Shown here: one piece after another, positions 1 through 9,498 of the stretch
How positions within the stretch are numbered: position 1 is the first letter of the stretch
Layout: each line of letters begins with the position of its first letter
The notes under the pieces: generated by a model
The model's database searches: none
What the model saw: only the letters and a program-made list of their open reading frames with translations
Told to the model about the DNA's origin: nothing
NCBI RefSeq assembly: GCF_026337845.1
Contig: NZ_JAOVZF010000146.1
Span: 121,015-185,014 of the forward strand
Source: Paraliomyxa miuraensis
Lineage (GTDB): Bacteria; Myxococcota_A; Polyangia; Nannocystales; Nannocystaceae
Length of the DNA: 64,000 nucleotides
Reading direction: 5' to 3'
Program-made: the position numbers and the translations under genes

Positions 1-335
1 GAGGCGGGGTGCACGGCCAGGTTGCCGGGCTTGTCCACCACCACCAGGTCGTCGTCTTCGTAGACGATGCGCAGCGGAATCTCCGCGAGGTCGAGGTCGG
101 CCTCGGGCTTGCGAGGCAGCCGGAGCATCACCACGTCGCCGGCGGCCAGGCGATGGGCCTTCTTCACGCGATGCCCGTTGACGATCACCTGGCCCGCCGC
201 GAGCAGCTCGGCCAGCGAGCGACGCGAGCGCCAGTGGAGCTGCTGCGCGAGGTAGGCATCGACCCGCAGCCAGGCGTGCTCGTCGGCCACCGTCAGCTCC
301 ACCGTTTGGGTCGCCGGGGTCACGGTGGCGGGCAT
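1..335 (-). CDS. RluA/RluD-family pseudouridine synthase, N-terminal part (gene runs off window start)
   Basis: Reverse-strand translation from ATG (complement 333-335) reads MPATVTPATQTVELTV...GQVIVNGHRVKKAHRLAAGDVVML...VYEDDDLVVVDKPGNLAVHPA. This gives an S4-like RNA-binding segment followed by the VVDKPxGxxVHP pseudouridine synthase motif. Not in the ORF track because it lacks a stop inside the window. Confidence 0.6.
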   Translation of the reverse strand, partial: MPATVTPATQTVELTVADEHAWLRVDAYLAQQLHWRSRRSLAELLAAGQVIVNGHRVKKAHRLAAGDVVMLRLPRKPEADLDLAEIPLRIVYEDDDLVVVDKPGNLAVHPA

Positions 336-523
336 GATAGGACTTCTTCGGCGGCGTGATTTGCGGACCAGGTCCGTACCATGGGGTCCGGGTGCTGCGA
401 TGGCGTCGGTAATCCTTTGGAATTGCTCTGCTTGTCAGAAAGGAGCCGGCCGGAGATTGATTGCAAGCAACCACTTGCTAATACGCGATCGTCAGCTCCC
501 TCCCGAACGGAAAGGACCTCGCC

Positions 524-1531
524 ATGCAACCGCCCATCGCCCTCTCGGCCGGCTTCGAGCACGGCCTCTCCATCGACCTCGTTCGTGCCGCGCTCGCGGC
601 TCTGCGCGCCATCGTGGCGCCGTCCGGCCCGTGGCCGAAGGGCGCACGGCGGCTCGCCGATGCCGTGGTGTGGAAGACCGGCTACGACCTCGAGCCCGAG
701 GCGATCGCTCCCGCTGCGCCGGCCGAGACTGCGGCGGCGGTGCCGGGCCTTCCGCTGCGCACCCAGCTCGTGCGCCTGGCGATCGTCGGCGCGATGATCG
801 ACGGTCGCCCGAGCCCGGCGATCGCCGGCCGCGTCGACGCGCTCGCGGGCGCTCTGGGCGTCGACTCGCTCGAGCTCGAGGACCTGCGGCTGCTCGCCCA
901 CGGTCGCCTCATGCGGCTGCGTCGGCACCTCATGCCACGCGCGTGGGTGTTCTCGATCCTCCGCAAGCACGTTCGCGAGCACGGCTGGTGGTCGCTGGTG
1001 AAGATGCTCGCCGTCATGATGCGGCTGAGGGTCGACCGTGGGATCCAGGCCAGGTTCCGGGCCCTCGACGAGCTGCCCGCGCACACGCTCGGACCGACGC
1101 TGCTGGCGTTCTGGCGCAACGCCGGCTTCTCGCTGCCCGGCTCGCGCGGCGCCCCGTTCTACATCGTCTACTACCACGACGTGTCGCACGTGCTGGCGGG
1201 CTATGGCACCGATCCCGCGAGCGAGGTGCAGGCGGGCTGCTTCCAGGGCGGCTACCAGCACAGCGATGGCTTCATGCTGGTGTTCTTCACCCTGTGCCAG
1301 TTCCACCTCGGCATTCGCCTCACTCCCATCGCGCAGGCCGAGGAGGGCCAGTGGGATCCGTTCCGGGCGCTCGATGCCATCTGCCGCGGTGCCGGCATGA
1401 ACCGCGACCTGACCGATGGCACATGGGACCTGTGGGAGCACGCGGCCGAGGACGTCGACGAGCTACGGCGCCGCTATCACATCGCGTCACCCGCCTGGCC
1501 GCCCGGGTCGGTGCAGCCTCGTGCGGCGTGA
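524..1531 (+). CDS. conserved hypothetical protein (335 aa)
   Basis: ATG at 524 with AAGGA Shine-Dalgarno ~8 nt upstream. Protein-like composition with hydrophobic and aromatic residues, unlike the Arg/Ala-rich antisense ORFs. No recognisable family. Confidence 0.55.
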   Translation: MQPPIALSAGFEHGLSIDLVRAALAALRAIVAPSGPWPKGARRLADAVVWKTGYDLEPEAIAPAAPAETAAAVPGLPLRTQLVRLAIVGAMIDGRPSPAIAGRVDALAGALGVDSLELEDLRLLAHGRLMRLRRHLMPRAWVFSILRKHVREHGWWSLVKMLAVMMRLRVDRGIQARFRALDELPAHTLGPTLLAFWRNAGFSLPGSRGAPFYIVYYHDVSHVLAGYGTDPASEVQAGCFQGGYQHSDGFMLVFFTLCQFHLGIRLTPIAQAEEGQWDPFRALDAICRGAGMNRDLTDGTWDLWEHAAEDVDELRRRYHIASPAWPPGSVQPRAA

Positions 1532-1614
1532 GCGTGAGCGCAGCACAGCAGGATCCAGGGCATCCATCACGAGATCGCCCCGTCGAAGCCGATCATGCTA
1601 GACCACCCACCCCG

Positions 1615-2151
1615 ATGGCTCGGCCCATCCCGCCCAAGCACTACGCCGAAGACGCCGTCTTCCCCACGCGCATCGAGCTGCGGCCCATCGGCGTGGTGCG
1701 CTCGCCTCACAAGGAGCGCCACGGCACTCCGCGCCAGGCGGTGCTCCCGGCCGATCCCGCGCTGCGCCCCGACGAGCGCGCCGTGCTCGAGCTGTTTCCG
1801 CAGGTGCTCTCACCGCATGCGGTGCAGGATCTCCCGGGCTTCGACTACATCTGGGTGATCGCGTGGATGCACCTGAACCATGGCTGGCGCAACCGGGTGG
1901 CCGTGCCGGGGGAGCACGGCGAGGTCAAGCGAGGGCTGTTGGCCACGCGAGCGCCGCATCGGCCCAACCCGATCGCGCTGTCGGCCGTGCGCCTGCTTGC
2001 CGTGGACGGCCTGTGCCTGCACGTGGAGCGCTGCGACCTGCTCGACGGCACGCCGATCCTCGACGTCAAGCCCTACGTGCCCTATGCCGACGCGTTCCCC
2101 GACGCGGGCGCGGGCTGGGTGGACGTGCGCGACGCGGTCCCCGAGGGGTGA
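1615..2151 (+). CDS. tsaA: TsaA/YaeB-family tRNA (adenine37-N6)-methyltransferase-like protein (178 aa)
   Basis: C-terminal part of track ORF 325..2151, in frame. MARPIPPKHY...IGVVRSPHKERHGTPRQ...DLPGFDYIWVIAWMH...PNPIALSAVRLLAV is the characteristic TsaA/YaeB signature. The upstream 430 codons of the track ORF are Arg/Pro-rich read-through and are rejected. Confidence 0.7.
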   Translation: MARPIPPKHYAEDAVFPTRIELRPIGVVRSPHKERHGTPRQAVLPADPALRPDERAVLELFPQVLSPHAVQDLPGFDYIWVIAWMHLNHGWRNRVAVPGEHGEVKRGLLATRAPHRPNPIALSAVRLLAVDGLCLHVERCDLLDGTPILDVKPYVPYADAFPDAGAGWVDVRDAVPEG

Positions 2152-2201
2152 GCGCCGAGCATGCAGCGACTTCGATGGCGCTCGCGTCGTTGGTCGAGCG
2201 C

Positions 2202-3602
2202 TCATCCCCCGTCGCGTCCGGGGGCCCGGCCGGCCGCGCACTCGGTCTCGTGGGGCCCGCAGCGAAAGCGAACGTGGATGTGGTCTTCGTGCCCGCTCTC
2301 GTGACGCATCGAGCCCGCATGGGCGGTGGCTCCACGGGGCCACTGGATCACCTCGCGCAGCGTGGCTCGATCGACCCCGAGCTTGGTGGCCGCCTTGTGC
2401 AGCCGTCGCTGTAGCTCGTGGTCCAGGAACAGCATCTCCACCTCGCCCGTGTCGAGCAGCGCAGCCACGAGCTTCCACAGCGCCTCGTAGTCGATCCGTC
2501 GCGGCTCGAGCTTGGTCCACGAGGGATACCTCGCCAACAGCGGCAGCCAGATGTCGAGATCGCGGCCGGTCTGGTGCGAGCGATGTCCCTTCATCGGCCC
2601 GCCGTGGGGCCAGCTCATCGAGCCCAGCAGCACGTCGCGCTCGTAGCCGCCCTCGGCGTGGAACTTCTGCAAGGCCTTCACCAGGTTGGTCACCGCGTGG
2701 GTGGTTCCGTACGACGACGGCATCATCTTGCGGCGCCAGCCTGCTCCCTCGGGGATCCGAACCCCGTTGATCAGCCGACCCTCCCATGGCGGCCCCACGC
2801 CCACCGCACCGCGCCGAATGCCGACCGCCCCGCCCTCGGCCTCCGTCGCGCTCTCCCCTTCGTGGATCCAGTGATGTACGACCGGATCGATCCACAGCGT
2901 GATGCGCTCTCCTCCGGCCAGTCGGTTGGGTGCGGTCCAGTTGGCGGTACGAAGGTCTCGGGAGTCGATGCCATGCGCGGTCCCGATGCTCCACCAGGTA
3001 TCCCCCGGCTTCACCGTGTACCCCACCCGCTTGCGCGTCGGTGGCACTCGCTTGGCCTTGAGCTTGACGCGCAGGCCCGCGGGCGGCGTGGCGTCGGGCG
3101 CCAGGCCGTTCCAGTTGCGCACGGCCTGCGGCGTTGCGTCGTAGCGATGGGCGACCTGCTCGAGGGTCTCGACCCGCAGGATGCGATGGATCACCCAGGG
3201 GCGGGTGCCCTCGATGTACTCGATGTCCACGTCGTCGAACCGCAGCGGAGGGTCGGACTCGGTCTCCTCGGTCTCCTCGGTCTCCTCGGCCTCTTCGGCT
3301 GCCTGCGGAGGCTTGGCGTCGAGGACGAGCTCGGCATCGAGCGACTCGGGCGCAGCGTGCTCGCTCGCAGGGTCCTGCGGCACCGTCCTCTCCAACGTGG
3401 TGTGGTCCCCGCTCGCATCGACCTGCGTGGTGGAGAGCACGAGGCTCTCGTGGGCCGGGGCGGGTGGCGAGCTCATGCTCGCGGCCTGCACCACTCGACC
3501 GGTCTGGTCGGACATGGGCATCGCGAGCCATGCGGTGGTGGTGCCGCCCACGGCGAGCCCGAGCACCAGTACGCTCGTGATCAGGTGGTCGCGTCTCGCC
3601 AT
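2202..3602 (-). CDS. mepA: MepA-like penicillin-insensitive murein endopeptidase (peptidase M74) with two LysM-like repeats and N-terminal signal/TM (466 aa)
   Basis: C-terminal part of track ORF 2202..5567(-). Start MARRDHLITSVLVLGLAVGG is a signal/TM. LysM-like segments are YTVKPGDTWWSIGTAHGIDSRDLRTANW and HRILRVETLEQVAHRYDATPQAVRNWNGL. The catalytic HESGHEDHIHVRF motif is typical of MepA/M74. Its start overlaps the stop of the upstream P450 gene by 22 nt. Confidence 0.7.
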   Translation of the reverse strand: MARRDHLITSVLVLGLAVGGTTTAWLAMPMSDQTGRVVQAASMSSPPAPAHESLVLSTTQVDASGDHTTLERTVPQDPASEHAAPESLDAELVLDAKPPQAAEEAEETEETEETESDPPLRFDDVDIEYIEGTRPWVIHRILRVETLEQVAHRYDATPQAVRNWNGLAPDATPPAGLRVKLKAKRVPPTRKRVGYTVKPGDTWWSIGTAHGIDSRDLRTANWTAPNRLAGGERITLWIDPVVHHWIHEGESATEAEGGAVGIRRGAVGVGPPWEGRLINGVRIPEGAGWRRKMMPSSYGTTHAVTNLVKALQKFHAEGGYERDVLLGSMSWPHGGPMKGHRSHQTGRDLDIWLPLLARYPSWTKLEPRRIDYEALWKLVAALLDTGEVEMLFLDHELQRRLHKAATKLGVDRATLREVIQWPRGATAHAGSMRHESGHEDHIHVRFRCGPHETECAAGRAPGRDGG

Positions 3603-5401
3603 CGCGGCCGCACCATCATTCCATTCTTGGGTCTGATGGTCAGCCCGGCTTCGAGCTCGGGGTCGAATCCCGGTGTCAGATCGAGCCAGCAGCGCTGCAT
3701 CATGGTCGCTGCGATGAGCTTCATCTCCATCATCGCCAGCGACTGGCCTACGCACTTGTGCAGGCCCGCCAGGAACGGAAAGTAGGCGCAGGGCGAGGGG
3801 TCCGGGGCGTCGGGAGCGAAGCGATCGGGGTCGAAGCCCTCCGGGTTCTCCCAGACATCGGGTCGCCGGTGGGTCACGTAGGGCGCCACCATGACCCAGG
3901 CCTTGGCGGGGATGGTGAAGCCACCGATGCGATCCTCGGAGACCACCTCGCGGAGGACCATGTAGGCGACGGGATAGAGCCGCATGGTCTCGAGCAGCAC
4001 CTGCTCGAGGTAGACGAGCCGATCGAGCTGGCCCGCCGTGGGGACCGCTCCACCCAGCTCGCGCCGCAGCTCGTCGTCGATCCGACGCGCGATCCCGGGG
4101 TGCCGCGACAGCAGATAGAAGAGCCACACGAGCGTGTTCGCCGAGGTCTCGTGCCCCGCGAGCAGGTACGTGAGCATCTCGTTGCGGATCTGCACGTGGC
4201 TGAGGCCCTCGCCGGTGTCGGGGTCGACGGCGTCGAGCAGCATCGACATCAGATCGTGCGGATGCTCCTCCGACTCCTGACGCGCGGCCAGCGTTTCGAA
4301 CACGAAGGTCTCGAACACCTTCATCGCGCGGGCGAAGCGACGATTGGAGGGGGTGGGGATCGACGAGGGCAGGCGGAACGGATTGGTCAAGCCGGCGGCC
4401 CACTCGAGGGCCACGGGCACCGCGTCTCCGATCGCGTTGGCATCGTCCTGGAGATCCACGCTGAACAGGGCCTGGCCGATGATGCGCAGGGTGACTTGTT
4501 GGATCTCGGTCGCCAGGTCGAAGGTGCCGCTCGGCTCCACGCGGCGCGCCCACTGGTCGACCATGTCGGTGGTGTACCGGGTCATCATCTCGCCCATGCT
4601 CGCGATCGACTGGCGGTGGAACGCGGGCTGGGCGATCCGTCGCAGCGGGCGCCATTCCTCGCCGTCGGTGGTGACGATGCTGTCGCCCACGAGCACCCGA
4701 GCGCGGTCGGAGCTCCTGCCGCGGACGTAGTTGCGGGCATGATCGATCAGCACGTGCTTGACGTGGTCGGGGTGCGAGATCAGAAACCACTCGATCCCGG
4801 GCATGCGGATGCGCACCACGTCGCCGTGCTCGTTGAGGCATCGCATCAGCAGGCCGATGGGGTCGTTGACGACCGCCCGTAGCTCGCCCACCAGCGCGCT
4901 GCCCTTGGGCCCCGGGGCGCTGCGAGCGGGCGCCGCTTCGAGGTCGTCGACGATCCTGCGCCACGTCTTGGCATCGCCGATCCCGAACTCCTCGGCGATG
5001 ACCGCGAGCGCTTGCTCCTCTTCGGGGCTGACCGACTCGGTCAGTCCCCACAGCCCACCCGCCGACTCGGCCACGTCCTTGCAGAGCACCAACAGGTTGG
5101 AGAGCGTCTCCGCCGTGATCGCGTTGCCGAGGCCGTGGCGAGCCTCCGTGAGCACCTTGAGCAGGCCGAGTCCCTTGCGGACGTACTCGGTGTCGGGCTC
5201 CTCCTCGAGCCATCGGTCGAGCAAGCTCTCGCCCTTGCCCACCAACCACCCCTTGTCCCGGGCCACGCGCCGGATGAGCGCGCCCTCGGCTCGCTGCACG
5301 GTGCCGTCGGCCCAGGCCACGAACACCAGCGGCAGCAGGCCGAGCGTGCGGAAATTCTCCTTGTCGATACCGAGCTCGCGCATCGTGGCCGAGATGTTCA
5401 T
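3581..5401 (-). CDS. TerB-like N-terminal domain fused to cytochrome P450 (606 aa from MNIS start; alternative start 5383)
   Basis: C-terminal 430 aa are P450: EXXR (ETMRLYP), heme loop FPFLAGLHKCVGQSLA, and the AGHETSANTL I-helix. N-terminal ~150 aa carry two ADG/…SPEE half-motifs (VAWADGTVQRAEGALI and ESAGGLWGLTESVSPEEEQAL) typical of TerB/DjlA-N-like domains. Confidence 0.75.
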   Translation of the reverse strand: MNISATMRELGIDKENFRTLGLLPLVFVAWADGTVQRAEGALIRRVARDKGWLVGKGESLLDRWLEEEPDTEYVRKGLGLLKVLTEARHGLGNAITAETLSNLLVLCKDVAESAGGLWGLTESVSPEEEQALAVIAEEFGIGDAKTWRRIVDDLEAAPARSAPGPKGSALVGELRAVVNDPIGLLMRCLNEHGDVVRIRMPGIEWFLISHPDHVKHVLIDHARNYVRGRSSDRARVLVGDSIVTTDGEEWRPLRRIAQPAFHRQSIASMGEMMTRYTTDMVDQWARRVEPSGTFDLATEIQQVTLRIIGQALFSVDLQDDANAIGDAVPVALEWAAGLTNPFRLPSSIPTPSNRRFARAMKVFETFVFETLAARQESEEHPHDLMSMLLDAVDPDTGEGLSHVQIRNEMLTYLLAGHETSANTLVWLFYLLSRHPGIARRIDDELRRELGGAVPTAGQLDRLVYLEQVLLETMRLYPVAYMVLREVVSEDRIGGFTIPAKAWVMVAPYVTHRRPDVWENPEGFDPDRFAPDAPDPSPCAYFPFLAGLHKCVGQSLAMMEMKLIAATMMQRCWLDLTPGFDPELEAGLTIRPKNGMMVRPRWRDATT

Positions 5402-5511
5402 GGCTTGCCCTGGGGAGCATGGCATAGCGGTGCGGCCGCCCAAACCCGATCACGGGGTCGTGCGTTGGACCGCCGGCGTCCGCCATATGCGGCGGTGACG
5501 CAGGGGCAACC

Positions 5512-6900
5512 ATGAAGCGCAGGGCGTTCGTAGGCATGGGAATTCTCGGTGTGGTGGGGGCAGCCACCTGCTCATGGTGGCAGTCTGCCCCGCCCGAGCC
5601 GCTCGACCTGGTGAGCCTTCACAGCCAGCAGAGTCGCCGCACGGTGCCCGCCGACGTCGGCACCGAGCTGTGGGCGGTGTTGCGCATCGTGGTCGACCAG
5701 GGGCCCGCCGAGGAGCGTCCGCCGGTCCACGTGGGCCTGGTGATCGACACTTCGGGCTCCATGGAGGGGGAGGCGATCGTGGCGGCCCGCGCGGCGGCGG
5801 CCGAGCTGGTCGGCGCACTCCAAGATGGAGATCGCCTCACCCTGGTCACCTTCGACTCCAAGCCGGTGCTGGTGGTGCCCAGCGTGGAGCTCGACGACGA
5901 CGCTCGCGAGGAGAGCCTGGAGAGGATCGCCGCCATCGAGGCGCGTGGCACCACCGACCTGGCCGGAGGGCTCCACCTGGCCCTCTCGGACCTGCTGCCG
6001 CACACCAGCGAGGGGCGCGTGACCCGGCTGGTCCTGCTGAGCGACGGGGTGCCCAACGATGCCCTGGCGATCCCGTCGGCGGTGGCCCAGGCCGCCTCGG
6101 CCGGGATCACCGTGACGGCGCTGGGCTTTGGGCTCGACTACGACGAGACGCTGTTGTCCTCGATCGCGCAGCAGACCGGGGGCGCCTTCCACTTCCTCGA
6201 GGCCCCCGCCGACCTCGTGCCGATCTTCCGCGAGGAGAACCTGCGGCTGCAGGGCATCGCGGCCAAGGACCTGGTGCTGGCGCTGACCACCGGCCCCAAC
6301 GTGGAGCTGCGAGAGGTGGTGGGCCAGGCGTTCGCGCTGCCCCAGCCGCGGCTGGGGATGGTGCTGGGCGACCTGAGCCGGGGCGAGGAGCGGGTGGTGG
6401 TGGTGCGGCTGGCGGTGGGTCCACACCGGGCGGGGGCCACCGTCGAGCTGCTCGACGCCGCGCTCACGTTTCGCGATCCGAGCACCGGCCTGGCCGTGGA
6501 TCATCACGCGGTGTTCCTGTCGGCGCGGGCCGAGGACGACTCGGCCTTGCTGGCGGAGGACATCGATCCGGCGCTGGAGCGGGAGATCGAGAGCGCCAAG
6601 GCAGCCGCGCTCACGCTGCAGGCGGTGGCGCTGTCTCGGCAAGGCAACGACGTCGATGCGCTGTCCATGATCGAGCAGGCCGCCCCCGCGGCCGCCGAGG
6701 CAGCCGCGCGCCTCGATGACGAGCGCTTGCGCGAGCAGGCCAAGGACATGGAAGCGCTGGCCGAAGTGTTTGCAGCCGAGCCCGAAGGCGCCGAGAGTCC
6801 CTCGCCGAGCCCCCGGGCCAAGGCGGCACCCAAGCAGCGACTGTTGCTCCGCCAGGCCCACGGCAACGCCGCGATCAACTTCCAGGCCCGTAAGCACTAG
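5512..6900 (+). CDS. von Willebrand factor type A (vWA) domain protein with N-terminal signal/TM (462 aa)
   Basis: MIDAS motif VIDTSGSM, followed by a Rossmann-like vWA fold (TDLAGGLHLA...LLSDGVPND). N-terminal hydrophobic segment MKRRAFVGMGILGVVGAA. Confidence 0.75.
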   Translation: MKRRAFVGMGILGVVGAATCSWWQSAPPEPLDLVSLHSQQSRRTVPADVGTELWAVLRIVVDQGPAEERPPVHVGLVIDTSGSMEGEAIVAARAAAAELVGALQDGDRLTLVTFDSKPVLVVPSVELDDDAREESLERIAAIEARGTTDLAGGLHLALSDLLPHTSEGRVTRLVLLSDGVPNDALAIPSAVAQAASAGITVTALGFGLDYDETLLSSIAQQTGGAFHFLEAPADLVPIFREENLRLQGIAAKDLVLALTTGPNVELREVVGQAFALPQPRLGMVLGDLSRGEERVVVVRLAVGPHRAGATVELLDAALTFRDPSTGLAVDHHAVFLSARAEDDSALLAEDIDPALEREIESAKAAALTLQAVALSRQGNDVDALSMIEQAAPAAAEAAARLDDERLREQAKDMEALAEVFAAEPEGAESPSPSPRAKAAPKQRLLLRQAHGNAAINFQARKH

Positions 6901-6959
6901 CAGGCCAAACCGCCGAATCTCCGGTCGAGGGCTCGTTCGGCCAGGAACCATGGGGGGTC

Positions 6960-8366
6960 GTGCTAGGATCGCAAACCGACCCACGGGGCCTGCCCCCATT
7001 GCCCAATCCCGCCATGCCCTCGGTCGTCGGCAGCGATCTGTCAGGAACCACACTCGACGGCCGCTTCCGGCTGACTCGTGCGCTGGGCGAGGGTGCAATG
7101 GGGCAGGTCTACGTGGCGCACCACCTCGCGCTCGATCGCCCGGTGGCGGTGAAGGTCCTGCACCCGTGGCTGGCGGCCCAGCCCAAGCACCGCGAGCGCT
7201 TCATGCGCGAGGCGCGAGCGGCCTCGCGCATCAAGCACCCCAACGTGGTGGAGATCGTCGATTTCGGGACCTCGTCCGAGGACCAGGTCTACCTGGTGAT
7301 GGAGCTGCTCGATGGTCAGGACCTCAAGGCGCTCCTGCGCCGCGACGGACCGCTGCCCTGGGCGCGGGCCCGCCACTACCTGCTGCAGGCCGTGGCCGCG
7401 CTCCGCGAGGCCCATCGCCATGGGATCATCCATCGCGACATCAAGCCGGCCAACTGCTTCGTGTGCACCTCCGTGGAGCCCCAGCTGCCCGAGCGCATGA
7501 AGCTGCTCGACTTCGGAATCGCCAAGCTCGGCGAGGATCCGAGCGCCAGCTCCACCGGCAACGTGGGCAAGCGCCTCACCCAGACCGGCGAGCTGGTGGG
7601 CACGCTGGCCTACATGGCCCCGGAGTTTGCCGAGGGGCTGCCGGCCAGCGTGCACACGGACATGTATGCGCTGGGGATCATGGCCTACGAGCTCATCACG
7701 GGGAACGTGCCGTTCACCGGCCGCAACGAGTTCCAGGTGCTGGCGCGGCACCTGAGCGAGCCGCCCGTGCGACCGCGGGCGCTGGTGGCCACGCTGTCCG
7801 AGGCGGCCGAGTCGGTGGTGCTGACGCTGCTGGCCAAGAAGCCCGAGCTGCGCTTCGAGACCATGGCCGACGTCGAGCAGGCGCTGCTGGCCATTCCCGC
7901 CGATGGCTCGGAGGGGCCGATCGTGGTGCCCCGTGGGAGTCGGGAGAGCAGCGGGCCGGCGCTGGTGCGCCAGCACAAGAGCGGGCTGTTGTCGGCGGCT
8001 CCGCCCGTGGCGCGAAGCCCCGCGGGCGAGGTGAAGGCCGAGGCGAAGGCACCACCAACCGCCGCTGGGCGGTCGCCGCCCAATGGCACGCCACCGAACG
8101 AAGCGCCCGCGGTCGACGTGCAGGCGAGCTGGCGGATGGGCGAGTCGATCGACGGGCTCGACGTGCGCGTGGACGAGGATGACGTGCCCAGGCCTCCCCG
8201 GGACTGGAACACGATCATCACCATCGTGCTCTTGAGCCTGCTGCTCGGGGCCGGGATCGCGTCGGTGGTGATGCGGCAGCGCGGGATCGAGATCCCATGG
8301 CCGTGGTCCAAGCCGCACGTGGAGACCCCTCCGACGCCCGCGCCCAGCAGTGCGCAATCCCCGTGA
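6960..8366 (+). CDS. Ser/Thr protein kinase with C-terminal transmembrane anchor (GTG start at 6960 per track; first ATG 7014)
   Basis: Kinase subdomains LGEGAMGQVYVA, VAVK, HRDIKPANCF, DFGIAK, APE. TM segment IITIVLLSLLLGAGIASVV near the C-terminus. Confidence 0.8.
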   Translation: MLGSQTDPRGLPPLPNPAMPSVVGSDLSGTTLDGRFRLTRALGEGAMGQVYVAHHLALDRPVAVKVLHPWLAAQPKHRERFMREARAASRIKHPNVVEIVDFGTSSEDQVYLVMELLDGQDLKALLRRDGPLPWARARHYLLQAVAALREAHRHGIIHRDIKPANCFVCTSVEPQLPERMKLLDFGIAKLGEDPSASSTGNVGKRLTQTGELVGTLAYMAPEFAEGLPASVHTDMYALGIMAYELITGNVPFTGRNEFQVLARHLSEPPVRPRALVATLSEAAESVVLTLLAKKPELRFETMADVEQALLAIPADGSEGPIVVPRGSRESSGPALVRQHKSGLLSAAPPVARSPAGEVKAEAKAPPTAAGRSPPNGTPPNEAPAVDVQASWRMGESIDGLDVRVDEDDVPRPPRDWNTIITIVLLSLLLGAGIASVVMRQRGIEIPWPWSKPHVETPPTPAPSSAQSP

Positions 8367-8475
8367 ATCGACGGGCGACCGCGGGCCGGAGGAATTTTCG
8401 AAGATCGGTTAATGGGCGCGGGCCACGGCCGAGACCAACCCTGGTGAGGCCCCCGGCGGGGCCGCCAGAGGACCC

Positions 8476-9477
8476 ATGAATCGAATTGGCTTGATGACCT
8501 GCTTGGGCGCCGCGTTGGCGCTGCCTGCCTGCATCGTGACCCACGACCTCGGCGAGACGGCCGAGGACACCGGCGGGGCGAGCGAGGACACCGGGGGCAC
8601 CGAGATGCCGCCCGATCCCAGCGCCACCAGCGGAGTGCCCACCAGCGCGACCTCCGGAGAGGCCGACGAGCCGCCCGATCCCTCGGTCGGAAGCGATGGG
8701 ACCGACGGGACCGACGGTGACCCCACCACGGGCGACACGGGCGACCCCGGGTGCGAGCAGGATCCGGAGTACGCCCGCTGGCTGTTCAACGGCCAGGGCA
8801 TCGCGCCGCTGCAGGGCATCGACCCCCAGTTCGCGGCCATCCTCACCGGTCCCTGCACGGTGGGCGAGGTGGTGGAGACGCCCGGTCAGGAGGGCGATCC
8901 CACGTGGACGATTCCGCTGCAGTGCACCCTGAGCGGTCGGCTCGACGCCGATGTCATGTTCGAGGGCGATGCCTCGCCCGTGATCGAGATGACGGGCACC
9001 GTACCGGCGGCGGAGGTGGTCGACTCGATCGGCGACCAGGTGTGGCTGTCGGTGGTGCTCGAGTGGTGGGGCATGGGCTGGAACGGCTGGGTGATGCTGG
9101 AGGACGGGCAGGGCGCACCCGTGCTCGATCTGTTCGATGCCGAGTACGTCGATCCGATCGACTCGTCCTGGGGCCTCGAGGTCTCGGACATGCTGGGCGG
9201 GGCGCCCTGGCACAAGGGCATGGGGGTGGGGACCACCGACTCCCAGTGCGGTGGCCCGATCACCAAGTGCAACGACGAGCCGATGGCGATCACGGCGGGC
9301 TGGATCGAGGAATCGCCGCTGGTGCTGCATCCCTACCAGGAAGGCATGATCGGAACGCCCTTCCCCGAGCAGCAGATGCGAGTGAGCGTGACCTCGGCCC
9401 ACGCCACGCCCATGCCCACGTGCACGGATACGCCGCTGGCGAGCTATGCCATGGCGGCGTGGGCGGTGACTCCGTGA
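8476..9477 (+). CDS. secreted lipoprotein, hypothetical (333 aa)
   Basis: Signal peptide with lipobox (LALPAC), acidic D/T/G-rich linker, then a globular Trp-rich domain. ATG at 8476. Confidence 0.55.
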   Translation: MNRIGLMTCLGAALALPACIVTHDLGETAEDTGGASEDTGGTEMPPDPSATSGVPTSATSGEADEPPDPSVGSDGTDGTDGDPTTGDTGDPGCEQDPEYARWLFNGQGIAPLQGIDPQFAAILTGPCTVGEVVETPGQEGDPTWTIPLQCTLSGRLDADVMFEGDASPVIEMTGTVPAAEVVDSIGDQVWLSVVLEWWGMGWNGWVMLEDGQGAPVLDLFDAEYVDPIDSSWGLEVSDMLGGAPWHKGMGVGTTDSQCGGPITKCNDEPMAITAGWIEESPLVLHPYQEGMIGTPFPEQQMRVSVTSAHATPMPTCTDTPLASYAMAAWAVTP

Positions 9478-9498
9478 CACCGGGGGCCGGGGCCGGCG

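Noticed and set aside
320-2151. Track ORFs 320..1441(-) and 325..2151(+), 373 and 608 aa
   Set aside because: Both are Arg/Ala/Pro-rich with no protein-like periodicity. They are GC-driven shadows of the real genes 524..1531(+) and 1615..2151(+). Only the last 178 codons of 325..2151 are real (TsaA).
3581-5401. P450 considered as the cross-linking enzyme of the Tyr-rich precursor (cittilin/biarylitide-like logic)
   Set aside because: It lies ~13 kb away and is separated by unrelated genes (vWA, kinases, rtcB, glycosyltransferases). It is coupled instead to mepA, so there is no positional support.
2202-5567. Single 1121-aa ORF on the minus strand
   Set aside because: Only the C-terminal 466 aa (MepA-like, from MARRDHL) are protein-like. 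The upstream part is antisense-frame junk overlapping the genuine P450 gene in another frame.
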